DNA of 57,018 nucleotides from Catajapyx aquilonaris. Its lineage: Eukaryota. The stretch spans positions 1-57,018 of the forward strand of contig KZ538643.1 in assembly GCA_000934665.2 (NCBI GenBank). The letters run 5' to 3'. Every line of letters begins with the position of its first letter. Position 1 is the stretch's first letter. Below are positions 1 through 13,338 of this stretch, piece by piece. The notes under the pieces were generated by a model, which saw nothing but the letters and a program-made list of their open reading frames with translations, was not told the DNA's origin and did not search any database. A program made the translations under genes and the position numbers.

Positions 1-151
1 TGTCACTTATGTACTTCTAGCGCCGAAAAAAACATGACGCCGACATAGGATCTCTTAGGACTTTTAGTATGTTGTTCAGCACACTTAACAGAACATTCCC
101 TGCAATTTTCAGATTTACATTATTTTTTACCGGGTTCGGGCACATATCTGA

Positions 152-480
152 CTAAAATGCCTGGGCTATAACCTTTCCAATGGAGCAACAGATCGTTTTT
201 GTTTCACTCTTCCACTTCTTTGCCTGCCAATGGTGGCATACCTCTGACATAGATCCAATTGCAACAACATCGACAGAAGAATAGTCCATGTCTGCTGAGA
301 AGTGGAAAGCGGCATGTAGGAGGTGGGTTGATGAAAATGGAGCTAATCTCCGACTGATTGCCGCGTTTCTCGTAGAGTGGAGACATGCTTGGTGTTCTTC
401 CTCAGTCTCTTGGTCCCTCATCCTTAGCCGAACTCTGCGTGTATCCAATGCGCTTCTGCCAATGCTACTATGGTTTTAGG
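152..480 (-). mobile_element. Degenerate Helitron Rep/helicase N-terminal fragment
   Basis: Translation IGSMSEVCHH(W)QAKKWKSETKTICCSIGKV resembles the IGxMxxxCxxCxAxKWxxExxxxCCxxGKV zinc motif of Helitron RepHel proteins, preceded by an E-T-x-E-E-x-x-x-x-L-like repeat. Confidence 0.7.
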
Positions 481-615
481 CCCATCTTAAAGTCGGTGGG
501 GTGTTGAGAATGTGGAGGTCCAAACGTTACAAAGTGAAAAAACAAACAAATGCAAAAAATATTGAAAACTACGTGACACAGTACCTACGTAGACCACATT
601 ATGCCACACCTTATA

Positions 616-1736
616 CAGGGTGTCGCACTACCTCCCGAACCGGGAAAATGGCGCACAATTGGTAAACCACTTGATGTAGGGCGATGAAATTTTACGGGTA
701 CATACCTTGGTCTGTGAAAGTAACATATACAGGGTGTATCTGAACTCAGTGCCCCGACGTATATGACTGCCTTCCTAGCCACCAGAGGATCGATTTAAGT
801 ATAGGAGTCATATGTCTGGGCAGCCTCATTACTGAGATACACTCTTTAGCGATTTTTGCCTAATCGCTCCTTCTGACTTTTAAATAGAATTTTCTGGTGT
901 AACTAGCCAAAGAGGCCTTACCACCTGTGGGCAACAAACCAACAAAGTCCCGCCCCCAGACCTTCCAGAGCCTTCTGACTGGGGGAGGGTTCGATGGGTG
1001 GCCTAACCGACAGGATATTTTGTACTACATGTTTGCGGCCAATTATCTCCGTAATGAGGCTGCCCAGACATATGACTCCTATACTTAAATCGATCCTCTG
1101 GTGGCTAGGAAGGCAGTCATATACGTCGGGGGACTGAGTTCAGATACACCCTGTATATTGTCATAGAAGATGCTGAAAGTGGCCCCCGTTTGCGTCCAAG
1201 CAGGTCTGAACACGACGCTCCATGTTCGCGAAAGTGCAGGCCAGCATCTCGGGAGTTATCCCCTCAATTATTGCGGAATGGATATTTTCCTGCAGTGCTG
1301 GGATAGTTCTTGGTTTGTTTTTGTAGACATGTCCTTTTAGGCAACCCACAGGAAATAATCCGGTGGAGTTAAATCGGGTGATCGTGGTGGCCAAATCTCC
1401 TTGGAAATGACTCGGCCTGGGAAGAAAGAATTGATGACGGCCATGCTGACCCTCGATGTGTGGCAATGTTGCTCCGTCCTGCTGAAAGTAGCCCAATGTG
1501 AGTTCTTCATCGTCCAACTGCTGCACGAAAGTGTCGAAAATCTGGAGGTACACGTAGGATGTCACTGTTGAATTGAAGAATACGGGTCCAACAATGCGAC
1601 GTCGTGAAAAACAGCTGCAGCCGGTTTTTCTCATGGATCAAGCTATGTCCCCGTAAAATTTCATCGCCCTACATGAAGTGGTTTACCAGTTATGTGCCAT
1701 TTTGCCGGTTCGGGAAGTATATAGTGGGACACCCTG
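616..1736 (-). mobile_element. Internally deleted Tc1/mariner element (DDxD type) with about 100-bp TIRs and a frameshifted transposase C-terminus (1161-1634)
   Basis: TA|CAGGGTG...CACCCTG|TA; arms about 616-715 and 1635-1736; motifs YFQQDGAT, WPPRSPDLTPPDYFLW (other frame), GGHFQHLL. Confidence 0.9.
730..1153. mobile_element. Tc1/mariner MITE nested in the element above
   Basis: TA TSD, CAGGGTG termini, near-perfect 110-bp arms at 730-839 and 1044-1153. Confidence 0.92.
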
Positions 1737-2575
1737 TACTACATTATACATTATACATTATTATGAAAATACATTGAGAATGTGGAGGTCCAAATTTTAC
1801 AAAGGGGGAAAAAACAAATAAAAGCAAAACGATTGAAAACTACATGACACAGAACCTAACACAGTTCGGAACAGGAGAATTCCGACAAAAAGCACATGAC
1901 ACAGTACGTAGAGGAAAAGGTATGGCAGAAAAAGTACGCCAAGAAAATCCCGACAGACTGCCTGAACAAACAGCCCAAAACCGCTATTCTTACATACAGG
2001 GCATTTGTACCACCAGCTCGAACCCTGGGCCTGCCCCGAGGCCGTAGCTGGACCGTGCCACCGTGTCTAGGATAAAAATTGGAATAAGATACCAGGAAAG
2101 CAAGATATGGAACTCTTTAAAGTATGAACAAAACGTGATCATTACCTATAATTACACCAACATTCTCGTAACCAAGGTAACAGTGTGTAAGGACTTGGAA
2201 ATGGAACAACGTATGCAGCCAATGTGAGTACAAAACACTTACCAAAGTACAGCCACCACGTAGAAATGCAATGACACTGCTGATGCGCTGCTGGAGGAGG
2301 TGGCAGGGGGGGGGGGAGGAGGAGGAGGAGGGAAGGAATATGGTTTCCTGGGCAACTGAACAGCATTATTAGAACACAGGGGGCCAACGTCCAAAGTTCT
2401 TTTCGCCTCCTGTGGCCACGGATGACCTCGGAGGTCAATTCCAACGCGCTAAGAACCTTCCCGGTAATAAACTAACCCCTAGTGATACCCCTGGGGAGTA
2501 TGTCGAAGCCTCCGTACGGATTTGCATAGCGGACAAAGGACAGACATAGGTCTTGAAATATGTATTAGATGGCGG

Positions 2576-2640
2576 CCCCGTGTATGCACTTACCCCGTGT
2601 ATGCACTTACCCCGTGTATGCACTTACCCCACTTCACCTT
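2576..2640. repeat. Three copies of a 17-bp tandem (ccccgtgtatgcactta), probably the subterminal repeat of a DNA-transposon end
   Basis: Exact tandem copies ending ccccacttcacct|ta. Confidence 0.7.
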
Positions 2641-4128
2641 AATTAATTTTATTCTGAATAATCATCCATTACAGTAATAATATTAACCCACGTACCATAC
2701 GTAAGAGCTGAATCGTTATTTTTAGAGAACACTTGCACAGTCTCGGCCGGTCTCGAGTGTCGACTATTGGCCCAGTGTTCAATGGTCGATATTGGGTGTC
2801 CAGAATTGGAACATCAACGTTTTTTGGGGCCAGTAGTGGACACTCCAGCTAAAACTTTCTTTACATAAGATATGATGCAAAAGGACATCATATTTGGAAA
2901 ATGTGAAGCATTAATTTATATCCTTCTCCACTCAAAAAACCCGAAGTAACACATACACTTATTTATTTGCAAGGTTTTACCTTCTACATGTCTCTTAGCG
3001 AATCCGCTAAGAAAAGCACAATTTCAAGGCAGAAATCAGAACTGACGTGTTCACGCGCTTCTCATTCACTAAGTAGGCCGGCCATGAATGGTAAATAATT
3101 ATGTGGTGATCAGTCAACCCCAATGGGATGTGAAATGATGCCAGATGTCTCATTTCCACTCAATAATGCCGCGTTCCCTTGTTATTTAGGTTCAAAGTCT
3201 CCGCTGTCCACTGCAACTGGTACACCTACCTTATTTACAGGTGTGCCAAAGTCATTACCCAGCGATATTATGATACAGATGCATATTTGTATGAAAATAT
3301 GTACCAGTATGGCAATTGAAAATGAGAAAAATTGTGGGTGTGTTACAGACAGTCAATTAACACACGCACCATTTTTCTTGACCCACTGACTGCTCCTCCA
3401 CCTCCCCATCCTCTGCGCCCCCCCCCCCCCCCCCCCCCCNAGACCTTGCCGCGAAGCAGCCCGACAATTCCTTATAGAGGCCCTGGCTCGACAAAAGAGG
3501 TCTGGTTGCACCCTGGAGGAGCTGCTGGACTATATTACCCAACGGATGCAGATCCCAAAAAGAACTTGGTCATCCAGGTCAAGCAGGAACTGAAGAAGGC
3601 CTCTCGTCAGGACAAGATGGTAACGTTGTCACGCAAGGGAAGGTACAAGATCACCGTGAACCAGGCCGAGGGGAACCCCGAGCCCCGGAGGAAGCCTACT
3701 TGCCTGATGAGCACGAAGTGGCGAGGGACGTCAGGATTGCTATTGAGAAGGCCACCGGCCAAGTAGTGGGCGACAACGACAACGCCATCACACGTCAGGG
3801 CTCCTCCTGGAAGACCCAGGCCCCAGAGCGCCAGGAAGAACCTGGACCTAGTACATCTTGTAGCGTTGGGTCAGCCACCAAGAAAAGCAGAGGACGAATC
3901 ACTGCAGCTGCAGAGGAGGAAACCAAGAGCTCAGAGAGGAGGGAAGCCGCGAGGCCACAGAGGGGTTCATCCGGAGAACACACTTGCCAAGAAGCAGCCT
4001 CGCCAGGGGACTCCCAGTACACGTTCCCGGGGCTGAGATGTGATGGCCAGCCAGAAGCCAGAGACCTCCGGTATAGTTTAATAGAAAATGTCTTGTTTAG
4101 TTGCAGGAATTATAAAAAAAGATGTTAC

Positions 4129-4297
4129 GGTGTGTTTACACGTAAGCAATTTGATCGCTTGATGTCATCGCCGAGTAACCAATATTGTTTGGGGTGAAAG
4201 TAACAATCGATTTTCGCCTCAAACAATACTGGTTACTCAGCGATGCACTGCTCGACGATGACATCGCGCGATCAAATCGCTCACATGTAAACGAACC
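4129..4297. mobile_element. PIF/Harbinger-like MITE
   Basis: TIR ggtgtgtttacacgt / acatgtaaacgaacc, largely palindromic interior, related copy at 15899-16018. Confidence 0.75.
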
Positions 4298-4439
4298 TTT
4301 AACCTCGCATAGTCGGGCGTGATTTCTCGCGATGATTGTGTTGCCAACAACCACTGGGAAATGGCATTGTTGGGAGGAATGGGGCTTATATCCAGGGGTT
4401 ACAGACCAGCTGTGGCTTCCAGGCAACTGATGAAATGTA

Positions 4440-7400
4440 TGTGTATTAGCAGTAATTGTTGTAATTAAATCTTAATGCAGTGGTGTTTATCTTAATTACA
4501 GTATATCACGTTAATTACAATTCCATGTCACCAAATTACTGGCCAAAAGGAAACAACAGGCAGAGTCACTGTGAAGAATCAACTACCAACTGATGATTGA
4601 ATTAGAGAAACCTTTATTCCATGTACAGTACCCCTAATCTACTCAATCTCCTGATGGCTCTTCGTTGGAAGACTTGAATGCTTTCCTAATCAAATCAATC
4701 AAATCATCCAACGAAGAGCCATCCGGAGATTGAGTGGATTAGGGCACATGATGTGGTCCACAAGACACAGTGATCCTTTGTTTTCTAAATACATCCTATG
4801 CTGAATTTTATTCTTCACATGACACCACTGACTAATAACCTTGTCATATCTACCGTATGCATCTATATACATATAAGCAAATGATGGCTGTCCAGGTGAC
4901 CAGGTGCTGTGCATGCCAGATAGCAGAAGACTACCTCTGTTCCTTTTCATAGCAGCCACTATGCCAGACACCAGTATTTGATCTAGGTCCATTTACTTAA
5001 GGCCCGTTTACAAGAGTCCGTTGATAGCATGGTCAATAGCAAAAAAGTGCAGCCCACCATAGAGATGGAGGTCAGCCCGTTACAGCATGCATGCTGCAGA
5101 TGTCATTAGGTCTGCATGCAGCAGCCTGGCTTCATGCATGCCTGGTTGACTTTCTTGATTTTCTTGTCTGTCACTGTAGTGACAGCACAACCACTGACAA
5201 TTCAAATATATTGCAGTGTGCAAGAAATACAACTGGAATTATTTATTGAAATAACAAGAATTTGTTTTACTTCTTTAATATTCTCCTGCAGATTTGGTGT
5301 GCGCTCCCAATGGAAGGGAGCTTTGCCCACAATCCTCTTATTTCACCATAGCAATGTCTTGTGTAAATGTTTCTTGAAAGTTTAGCAGTTTTTTCAATAA
5401 CATCCTTGTTATTAGGAAGGGAAGCTCCTAAGGTGCTACATAAATATCTCATGCAACAATACAGACAAGTTGTAAGAGAAAAATGCCTTAAAGCTGAAAG
5501 TCTGGTAAACAATCAAGATCTAACCTTTCATTTGGAACTGGAACAAGAGTACCAAAGGCTGCAGACCTCTGATCTTCCCACACTTCTTGTTGAGTTGATA
5601 TTTCTTGAAAAGTTGATATACATACCAACAACTTTTCTGTTGGTTAGCAATAAAATATTCCAGGTAATTCAGATAATTCAGGCCAGCAGAGGATGTAACC
5701 AGGAGGTAGGCATCGACAACAACATTATAGGGGAAAATGATCAGTAAGAAAGCAATGAAGGAGATCCAAGTTAATCAATAAATGAATACAGGCAAAAAAA
5801 ATGTAACACACATAAACAGGTGTCATAAAATTATAATTACCTTATTATAAATACAGGGTGTTTCACTAGGTAGTCCCCCCAAAGAATCCTACTACACCCT
5901 GGTATAAGTTAATGAATGTAATCTTGTTTGGCTGACCACTGATCCTGTGTATGGCTCCAAATCTTTTTCTTTTTTTATCAAGCATGATGGGTATGAATAA
6001 TCTACTGTACATGTCAGGAGGCTGTCCACCTTTAAAAATGGTGGACAGTACAAGAGTAGATGAGCAAGATAACAAAAGTGGCATCACTTCACCTGATGAA
6101 TAAAAGCATGCTTTGTTCAAGCACCTGTAAAAGAGAATGTGGAGGTTGGGGAAGTAAGGAGTCAATCATACATTAGTATAACAACTATCATCATGGATAT
6201 ATTTTGAAACTGACCATTTCATAAAGGAAAGAGGAAGATAATGAAAAAAAAACAAAACAGGATCTCTTAACTCCAGTCCACTGTACACTGAATACACTAT
6301 CTATAGTACAAGACTGTACAGTAAATTACCTTCAAAAAAAAGGGACTTATTAACATGACTGGCAGTTGTACATATGAGAAACAGTCACTTGTGAAAAGTA
6401 TGTGATCTGTACACTTAGCGCAACTTTTAAATTCATTACTTTTTAATTTTTTTTCAAAACAGAATACCTCCCAAACAGACACAAATTCACAGGGTATATT
6501 ATTATTAATAAAATACATCCAAGATAAAAATACAAGTAATGCAACGATAACCACAAAAGTAAGGTTTCCTTTTACAAAAAACAGTACAGCAACATATGAC
6601 TGGATGTGTTGTACTGTGGCTCATTGGCACTGGGGCCATGTCATTTGTATAATTTTCTCTCGCTCTTCCTCTCTTTCTCCCTCTCCTGCTCTTCTTTTGC
6701 GTGCATGTGTATTTGTTTGTGTTGTTTTGAACCCCACAGATGCAGATATAGTCGCATATTTTTCATTGCTTTCCATCAGCAAGAGGGGGTAGGGTAGGGC
6801 GGGAGTTGGTAGGGGTGAGGGACAGGTCAGAGGGTATGGAATAGGGATTGGAAATTATCTAAACATTCCCATCAAACATTAAAAAAGAGCACGTGGCACT
6901 CAGGAACATGTACTGCAGCTATGCAAGAAGCAGAACTGTTAGGCAGCAGCAGCAGCTTTGTCTCAGCACTTTGTTAAGGCTCAGTAGTTGGCTAGGATTC
7001 TATTATCATGCCATGATGAATTTATCCAAAATCAACATCACTTTTGGGCATGGTTTGTAGCATGAATAATGACCACAGCATAACAAGTTACATGGAAAAT
7101 GGGGTCATGCTTTATTTTCCCTTTCTCCGGCGCTGAGTGCGCCAATCAGAGCTCGGTACACCCCTCCCCTTTGCAACTTCCTCTGTGGTGGCCATTACGC
7201 CATCCCAACATATTGTACAATTTGTGGTCGATTTATAACCATGCACAATAAAAATTGTGTAAACATCAACTGAACATTGGCACATTGCACAAATGTCTAC
7301 AAAATGAACTGTAGTTAATTAGAATAGAATATAATTTTTATTTCTTAAATTAAAGAGACTAGCAAAACCCAAGATAGGCCTCTGCTCAATATTACATATT

Positions 7401-10400
7401 TTCACAGAAAAGGCATATCACTAACAAAATCCATTCTGTGAAATATTACCCTGAAAGCCTTGTACTGAGCCTTGAGTAGTTAGTGTCAGGACTATAACAT
7501 ATTTTTAAAACTTTCTTTTTCTTTTACTTCTTACAGGATAGGACACATTAGATACACAGGAATGGGACTGGGATCGGTCAAGATACTCAACAAATCACTT
7601 TTTCCTATAATTCTTTTTCAATAAAGGAAAAATAAGGAAACGCACACAGTGGTATACTACCACAGCAAAGCAAAGCTGGACTGTACATTGTTCTCAACTT
7701 GTTTCTAGCTCAGCATTCAAACCTAACTCACTGATGTTCCTTGGAATGTGAGTTCACCTCTACCACACCTGCCTACATAAACACAACTTCCCAACAAAAC
7801 AATAAAAGGTGTCACCACATTAAAAAATAACGGGAACCCTACGGGCCTTATTACTTTCCGAGCCACGTGCGAGTGTGACCCCTTTCTTGTGACCTTAGGA
7901 AATAACATGAGCAGTCAGTATATTTTTTCCTTAAGTATATTAAAACAAGGTTTCATAAAACCCTATTCGCTCAATCCCTGCACCTGGATACAGCTTATGT
8001 ATTCTCTTCTAAGTCTCTGCCTTTCACCTTCTAAACATTGTAATACTGGTGTCTTATTAATGTCCAACTCCACCCAGGGAAAAAATTGTAATAAATCTGA
8101 GACTACCCTATTTATGCGCAACCATCCAGTTAACTTTTTTCCACACAGAGAAAGCCCAAAACTTTGGCTCATAAATAGCCGAATGAAAAGAAGAGAAGCG
8201 GACTAGCTGTAGCCGTTTTCTTTTGTTTCGTTTTTTTTTTTTCGTGTTCTTTCTTCTTATCGACAATAATACTCACTTTTCAATCACAGGTTTGAGATAC
8301 TAAAAAAAAAATAGTCCATCTTTTGTGATTGTCTTTGTGTGGGTTTACATTATTAGTAATATTATTAGTATTAGTATTATTATTATAAAATTACGGGCAT
8401 GTTGTGAGCACAGTAAAGATAATTATTGAAAACAGGGATTACTTCTGAGCACGTCATTGTACACATTTTTGAGGGGAAACAAAATGATATTGCTAAAAAG
8501 GGAAGTGTCAAAAAGTTTACACCTCAGGTGTACATTTTTTGTGGTTTTTCTTCCTTTTTATACATGTCATGATTATGCTCCATATCCTGAGATCACAGAC
8601 ACTCACTTCTTTTTTATTTTAAATTATTATCACTACTATTACTTCTTAGAATATAGAGTAAGTAGACAGTTGGCACAATTTCCAAGACAGTCAAAAACAG
8701 GGAGCACAAACCAACTGACCAATTATTAACATGCATCATCATCTTCTCTTTTGGCAGTGGTAGAAAAGACAAACAAAAAATAACAAATCTGTCTACATTA
8801 ATTCCTCCAGATTATGTTTTTGACTGTGTTCATCGCAGACACTGGTTGCATGAAAATAACTTCTGATCACAAAAACATAAACCACAATTGTCTTCTTGAT
8901 GCCATGCGCACATTGCCTCCCTTCCTTTCAGGTCAGGACTGAAAGTGTATTTGTTCCTAACCATTTGTCACTTGTTATTTAGATCTCCCAATATCTTGAA
9001 TGAGATAGCACCTCACGCAATAACAAATAACATCTTCACAAAACACTGGTTACAACAAGGGCAGGAGAAGAAGCTCTTTCATCATTGTAAATCTTTTTTT
9101 TTTACATATTATTTTGAAAAGTCAGACTGGAATCTTCACAGTAAATTCATTTGGCAATTACTTTTGTGAGGTAAATCTTACCTCAGAGGTCTTTTTTTAA
9201 AAATATAATTTGCAAGTACTGGAATCTCCTTAGAAAGGTCGATTATAAATTACACCCTGAAGACCACAGATGAGTTTTATTTTTCTTCCTCTGAAGAAAA
9301 AAAACGATCCAAAACTTAACTCTCCATGATAAAAGCAGAATGCTTTGAAACTGCTTCTCAACATCTGTCGTATGGCGACTGGACTTGACACTTGAGTGCC
9401 CTTAACATTTCCAAGATTTTGCCTTGCACTTGAATTCACAACAAGACCTATACAATGATAAATGGCAATGTTTATGAAACAATTAAATATGAAATTCTGG
9501 ACGTCACTCAGGAAAAATGCCAATAGCTTCCTTTTTGTATATACAATACACTCCTCAAAACATACAAAAATTATATATGTAAAATGCCATCTTTCTACGG
9601 TATATAACATTTTCGTTACCCTAGAAAAGGGGAGACTGTCGTAACAAAACAGGGAGGAAACCTGAACACAACTTAAACGTCACCGGCTCTAAACTGGTAG
9701 AAACAATAACCATTTTTCCATCAAATTGGCACATTCAAAGCCGTGTGGAACATAACTTGTGAGAAGGCAATGCTGAAATTACTGTGAAGTATGCCACTTC
9801 TCTGCTGAATTTTCTCTACATGTACATGTATGGTTCCATTATTCAGGATTGTTCATGCATTGCTTTTCATTGCCAATTGGCACATCAATGTAAGATTTCC
9901 GTGTTTTGGACAAAACTTGTGATGAAAGTGAGCCAAACTTTGTCCAAAGCACAAGTACAGGACATAATAAGCATATTACGCAAGTTTGTTCACAATTGTC
10001 ATCGTAAAATCTGTGACACGTGGATGAAATATTCCAGTTTTTAAGGGTCTGTTCTTAACTCTCGAAAAACTCCCATCCTCCCACAAACAAAAAGCCTGCC
10101 TACAATTTGAAATTTGCGCAGAACCTCCCGAAGAGTGTGGTCAAAAAGGCACTTGCTCACAGGTATTCAAGTAAAACACTTCTGGAAGTACTCGGATCTT
10201 GATTAAAAAGGGAAAAGCGTCCTGGATGGGGTGTTTCACCTTTTAACACTTTTCTTTAAATGCCCCCCCTCCCCCATTCCTTCCCCCTTAACACGGAATA
10301 TGTAATCCTTCAGATTGAGGCTGACTTGTGAGAGAGTGTGAGTGACCTGCTGCTTAAGTGCGACCAACTACACATAAGAGTAAAAAGAAAAATATAAGCC

Positions 10401-11113
10401 TTTAAATTGCCTCTTCAACATATATAACTCTGTTCTAAAAAAAAGTTGAAGCCTCATTGTAAGTCCCACACAAGCACAACTGGTAACAGTGGATATAAAA
10501 TCACTCAAACAACTCAATATTGCTCATACTCTGATAAATTCATAAAAAAATCTCAATTGACAGATGGATCATAAGTAACTAGAAATAAATAATACATTCC
10601 TACCTATCTAATAACAGTGTAGAACAATTGATTGTCAAACAGTCAAACTAAATGGCTTCAAGCACAATATAACATGCCATGCAGTGAAATGGATCTGTAA
10701 CAATAGTGGGGTAAGCCTGAAACAATTGTGACCTGATATTATAATGAGGCTTCATGCTGATGCTGCATTTTTCAAGCAATCAACTGGACACTGTGCTCAC
10801 CTCCCCCCTTTTTATCACAACAAAGTCACTTCAAAGGTGATATGTTTCTCATTCCTTATTTTGTCTTGACAGTCTGTTTTTTGTTTGTTTTGAGCACAAG
10901 ACAAGAGCCATCCCATACTTACACAGTATTACACAATCACAATAATAATAATAATATTTTGACAATAACATAGCAAACAATACAAGACAAATGTCATGTA
11001 TAAATTAAGTCGATGGAAAAAAGAGACCAATCATTTTACCTGGTAGGCTAGTAACTTTTTCTCTATCTTCCAACGCCGGGAATTTTTCGCCCCTTGCCTC
11101 TAAGCGCTGTTCA
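4440..11113 (-). other. Probable long 3' UTR of the TRERF1-like gene (3' end uncertain)
   Basis: About 6.7 kb of AT-rich, U-rich (minus strand) sequence almost free of the TEs that fill the introns; minus-strand AATAAA sites near 4615, 4810 and 5245. Confidence 0.45.
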
Positions 11114-11405
11114 TCACGTGTTCGCAGTACTGCCAGGTGCCCCACTGGTGCCAGGTGCAGGCAGATGTCCCAAGCGAGAATTGGAGACTAGGGAGGAGCA
11201 TGAGGATGAGGAGGATGGGGATGGGGAGGGAGAAGGGGAAGGCATTGGTGGGCAGTCCATGGAGGAGGAAGATGTGCAACTGAGGGAAGTGTTTAGGGAG
11301 GAGGATGACTTTGGCACTGCATCCGACTTGTGCTTCTTAGGCTCGGCATCTGGCGGACGATGGGACTTCATATGTGCACTGCGGCTCTTCACCTTGCTGA
11401 ACACT
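11114..11405 (-). CDS. Terminal coding exon (VFSKVKSRSAHMKSHRPP...STANT stop)
   Basis: ATACAG| acceptor in phase 2; completes the final C2H2; ends in tandem TGA TGA. Confidence 0.93.
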
Positions 11406-13295
11406 CTGTATTTTGATGAAACAGGCCATTAGTAGAGGACAGTCATGGTGATTACTACATGGCCAAGTTGACCCAATAACCTTTATGACACCCTGGGTCT
11501 CCTTGGTAGAGTTAATTACATCCCATAGAATAATTAGCAAAATGAATAAACTAAGTTTTGAGATGGCAGCGTAGACAGGGTCAAAACAAGGAATATCGTA
11601 CATGCTGCATAACTTGATTTTCTCCCCCAATAACAAACCACTTTGACCATTTTAACCATCACTTTACAGTAACTCCATGTAAAGTCCATGTCTCTCAGAT
11701 GAAAATGTTCCCTACCCTAACAATGCTGATGAAACTTGTCACACTTGGATGTCATGGCCAAATAGCTTGCTAATCAACCCAAGTGCACAGTAACAGTATA
11801 TGTGACATTTGGCGAGTGCTCTGGATGATTAGTCCTATTCTGTCAAAAATAACTCTTTCAGTGAGTAGGGCTGGCTCTATGAACATAGTTAAGGTTAACT
11901 ACAGTTAGCTCTTGTTTACATATTGACTAACTCCATAGTTAAGGCGGTCCAGTACCAAAAATATGGTAACAATCCAGAGCCCTTGGCAAAGGCCCAAACA
12001 AACTTGCTTATGCATAGGCAGCATATGGGAATTCAACATGTCTACATTTCTGTGGCAGTACTGCAGTAAAAATGGTTCAATCGACACAAAAATTGCGCCA
12101 AAAAATAGAACGTGATCTGCTGCAGTGCACCTAGTTTGTCTTTTTTCCATTTCCGCCTAAAAGTGACCTTTACAGGACGTTGAAGTTCGCGGAAAATGGG
12201 GTCTCCGAAAAATTCAATTTGATTAACATGGCGGAAGGAATCGTGTAAAAATTGGACACATTTCTGTGGCCTTATGTCCACAATTTCAATGCAATCATGG
12301 CAGGTATGGTATCACTGTAAAGGTCAAACCTTTGCACAGGGCGTCTAGTTCGTGTTTTCCCAGATTAACATCGCGTTTCGTCATAAAAAAAATAAAGTTT
12401 CCTCAAAAATGCGCAAAAATGCGTCGCCTTAACTGTAAGACATGTTCATACAACCATCTCTTATTTGGGTAAGAAGGACACTTTTGGAAGGCTCTCTATC
12501 TGCTTCATTGATACGCCTCCACACAATAATCTTGTTACTTGCCAGTGTGTTAATTTTATAATATTTCATTATGTCACTTTTGACCGCATTTTTTACAACT
12601 CTCTCTTTATCCACCTTTGATTATAAAGATTTTCGTGGTCAGTGTAAGTGTACTGTACATTATGATCTAACCTACTGCCAAATAGAAAGTTCGGCCAAAT
12701 ATGAGATGATTAAAATTCATTATTAAAAAATCAATTATGACTTGAAGTACACCATATGGTCATGTAGCAGTTTAGTCCACTATTATCCACCACTAAGCTC
12801 CCAAGTTTACTCGTAATTAATGGGCCACAGGAAGAATTTTCACAAAATGTACCCCCCATTCCAGTTCCTCCTGACATGTGCCCTATTTGCCAAAAGGGCT
12901 TCATATGAGGCAGTACATGGCTCTCTCAAGATGCAACTCAGGTTTGCAGGTCTCGGACGCTCAGCCCCATCTTGTGCATGAATCGAGAGTGAAACCAAGG
13001 GTGCCAGATCCAGTGATTTTCACCTAGGGCACTATTTAAAAACCCTACCCAAACAGTGCAGAATCCAGCGGGAAACAATCCAATCGGGAGGTTTGTAAGT
13101 GTATGTGGCTTTTGGCAAGATCTGGGTAATGCTTATTCACCTGTGCTAGTACAGTACCTGAGGCGAAAGAGTTGATTTTTTAAAAGTGTGACCTTCTTGA
13201 GAGCATTTCAAAAGGCAGGAGTTTAAAAGGCAGAAGAATAGGTATACAATAGAGCATAGATCAGAGGCAGAGCCGGCCTTAGGGGGGGCCCCGTG

Positions 13296-13338
<43 letters not shown>

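Larger units (their letters stand above)
504..1852. repeat. About 78-bp direct repeat at 504-581 and 1774-1852 flanking the nested Tc1 stack
   Basis: ttgagaatgtggaggtccaaa...ttgaaaactacRtgacacag at both positions. Confidence 0.8.

Noticed and set aside
2576..2630. Short repeat array resembling CRISPR
   Set aside because: No spacers, no cas genes, eukaryotic context
11105..11116. Stop-codon readthrough or selenocysteine at the terminal TGA
   Set aside because: A second TGA follows immediately and no SECIS was recognised
11094..11432. Acidic plus-strand ORF
   Set aside because: Antisense to the Ser/Pro-rich terminal exon
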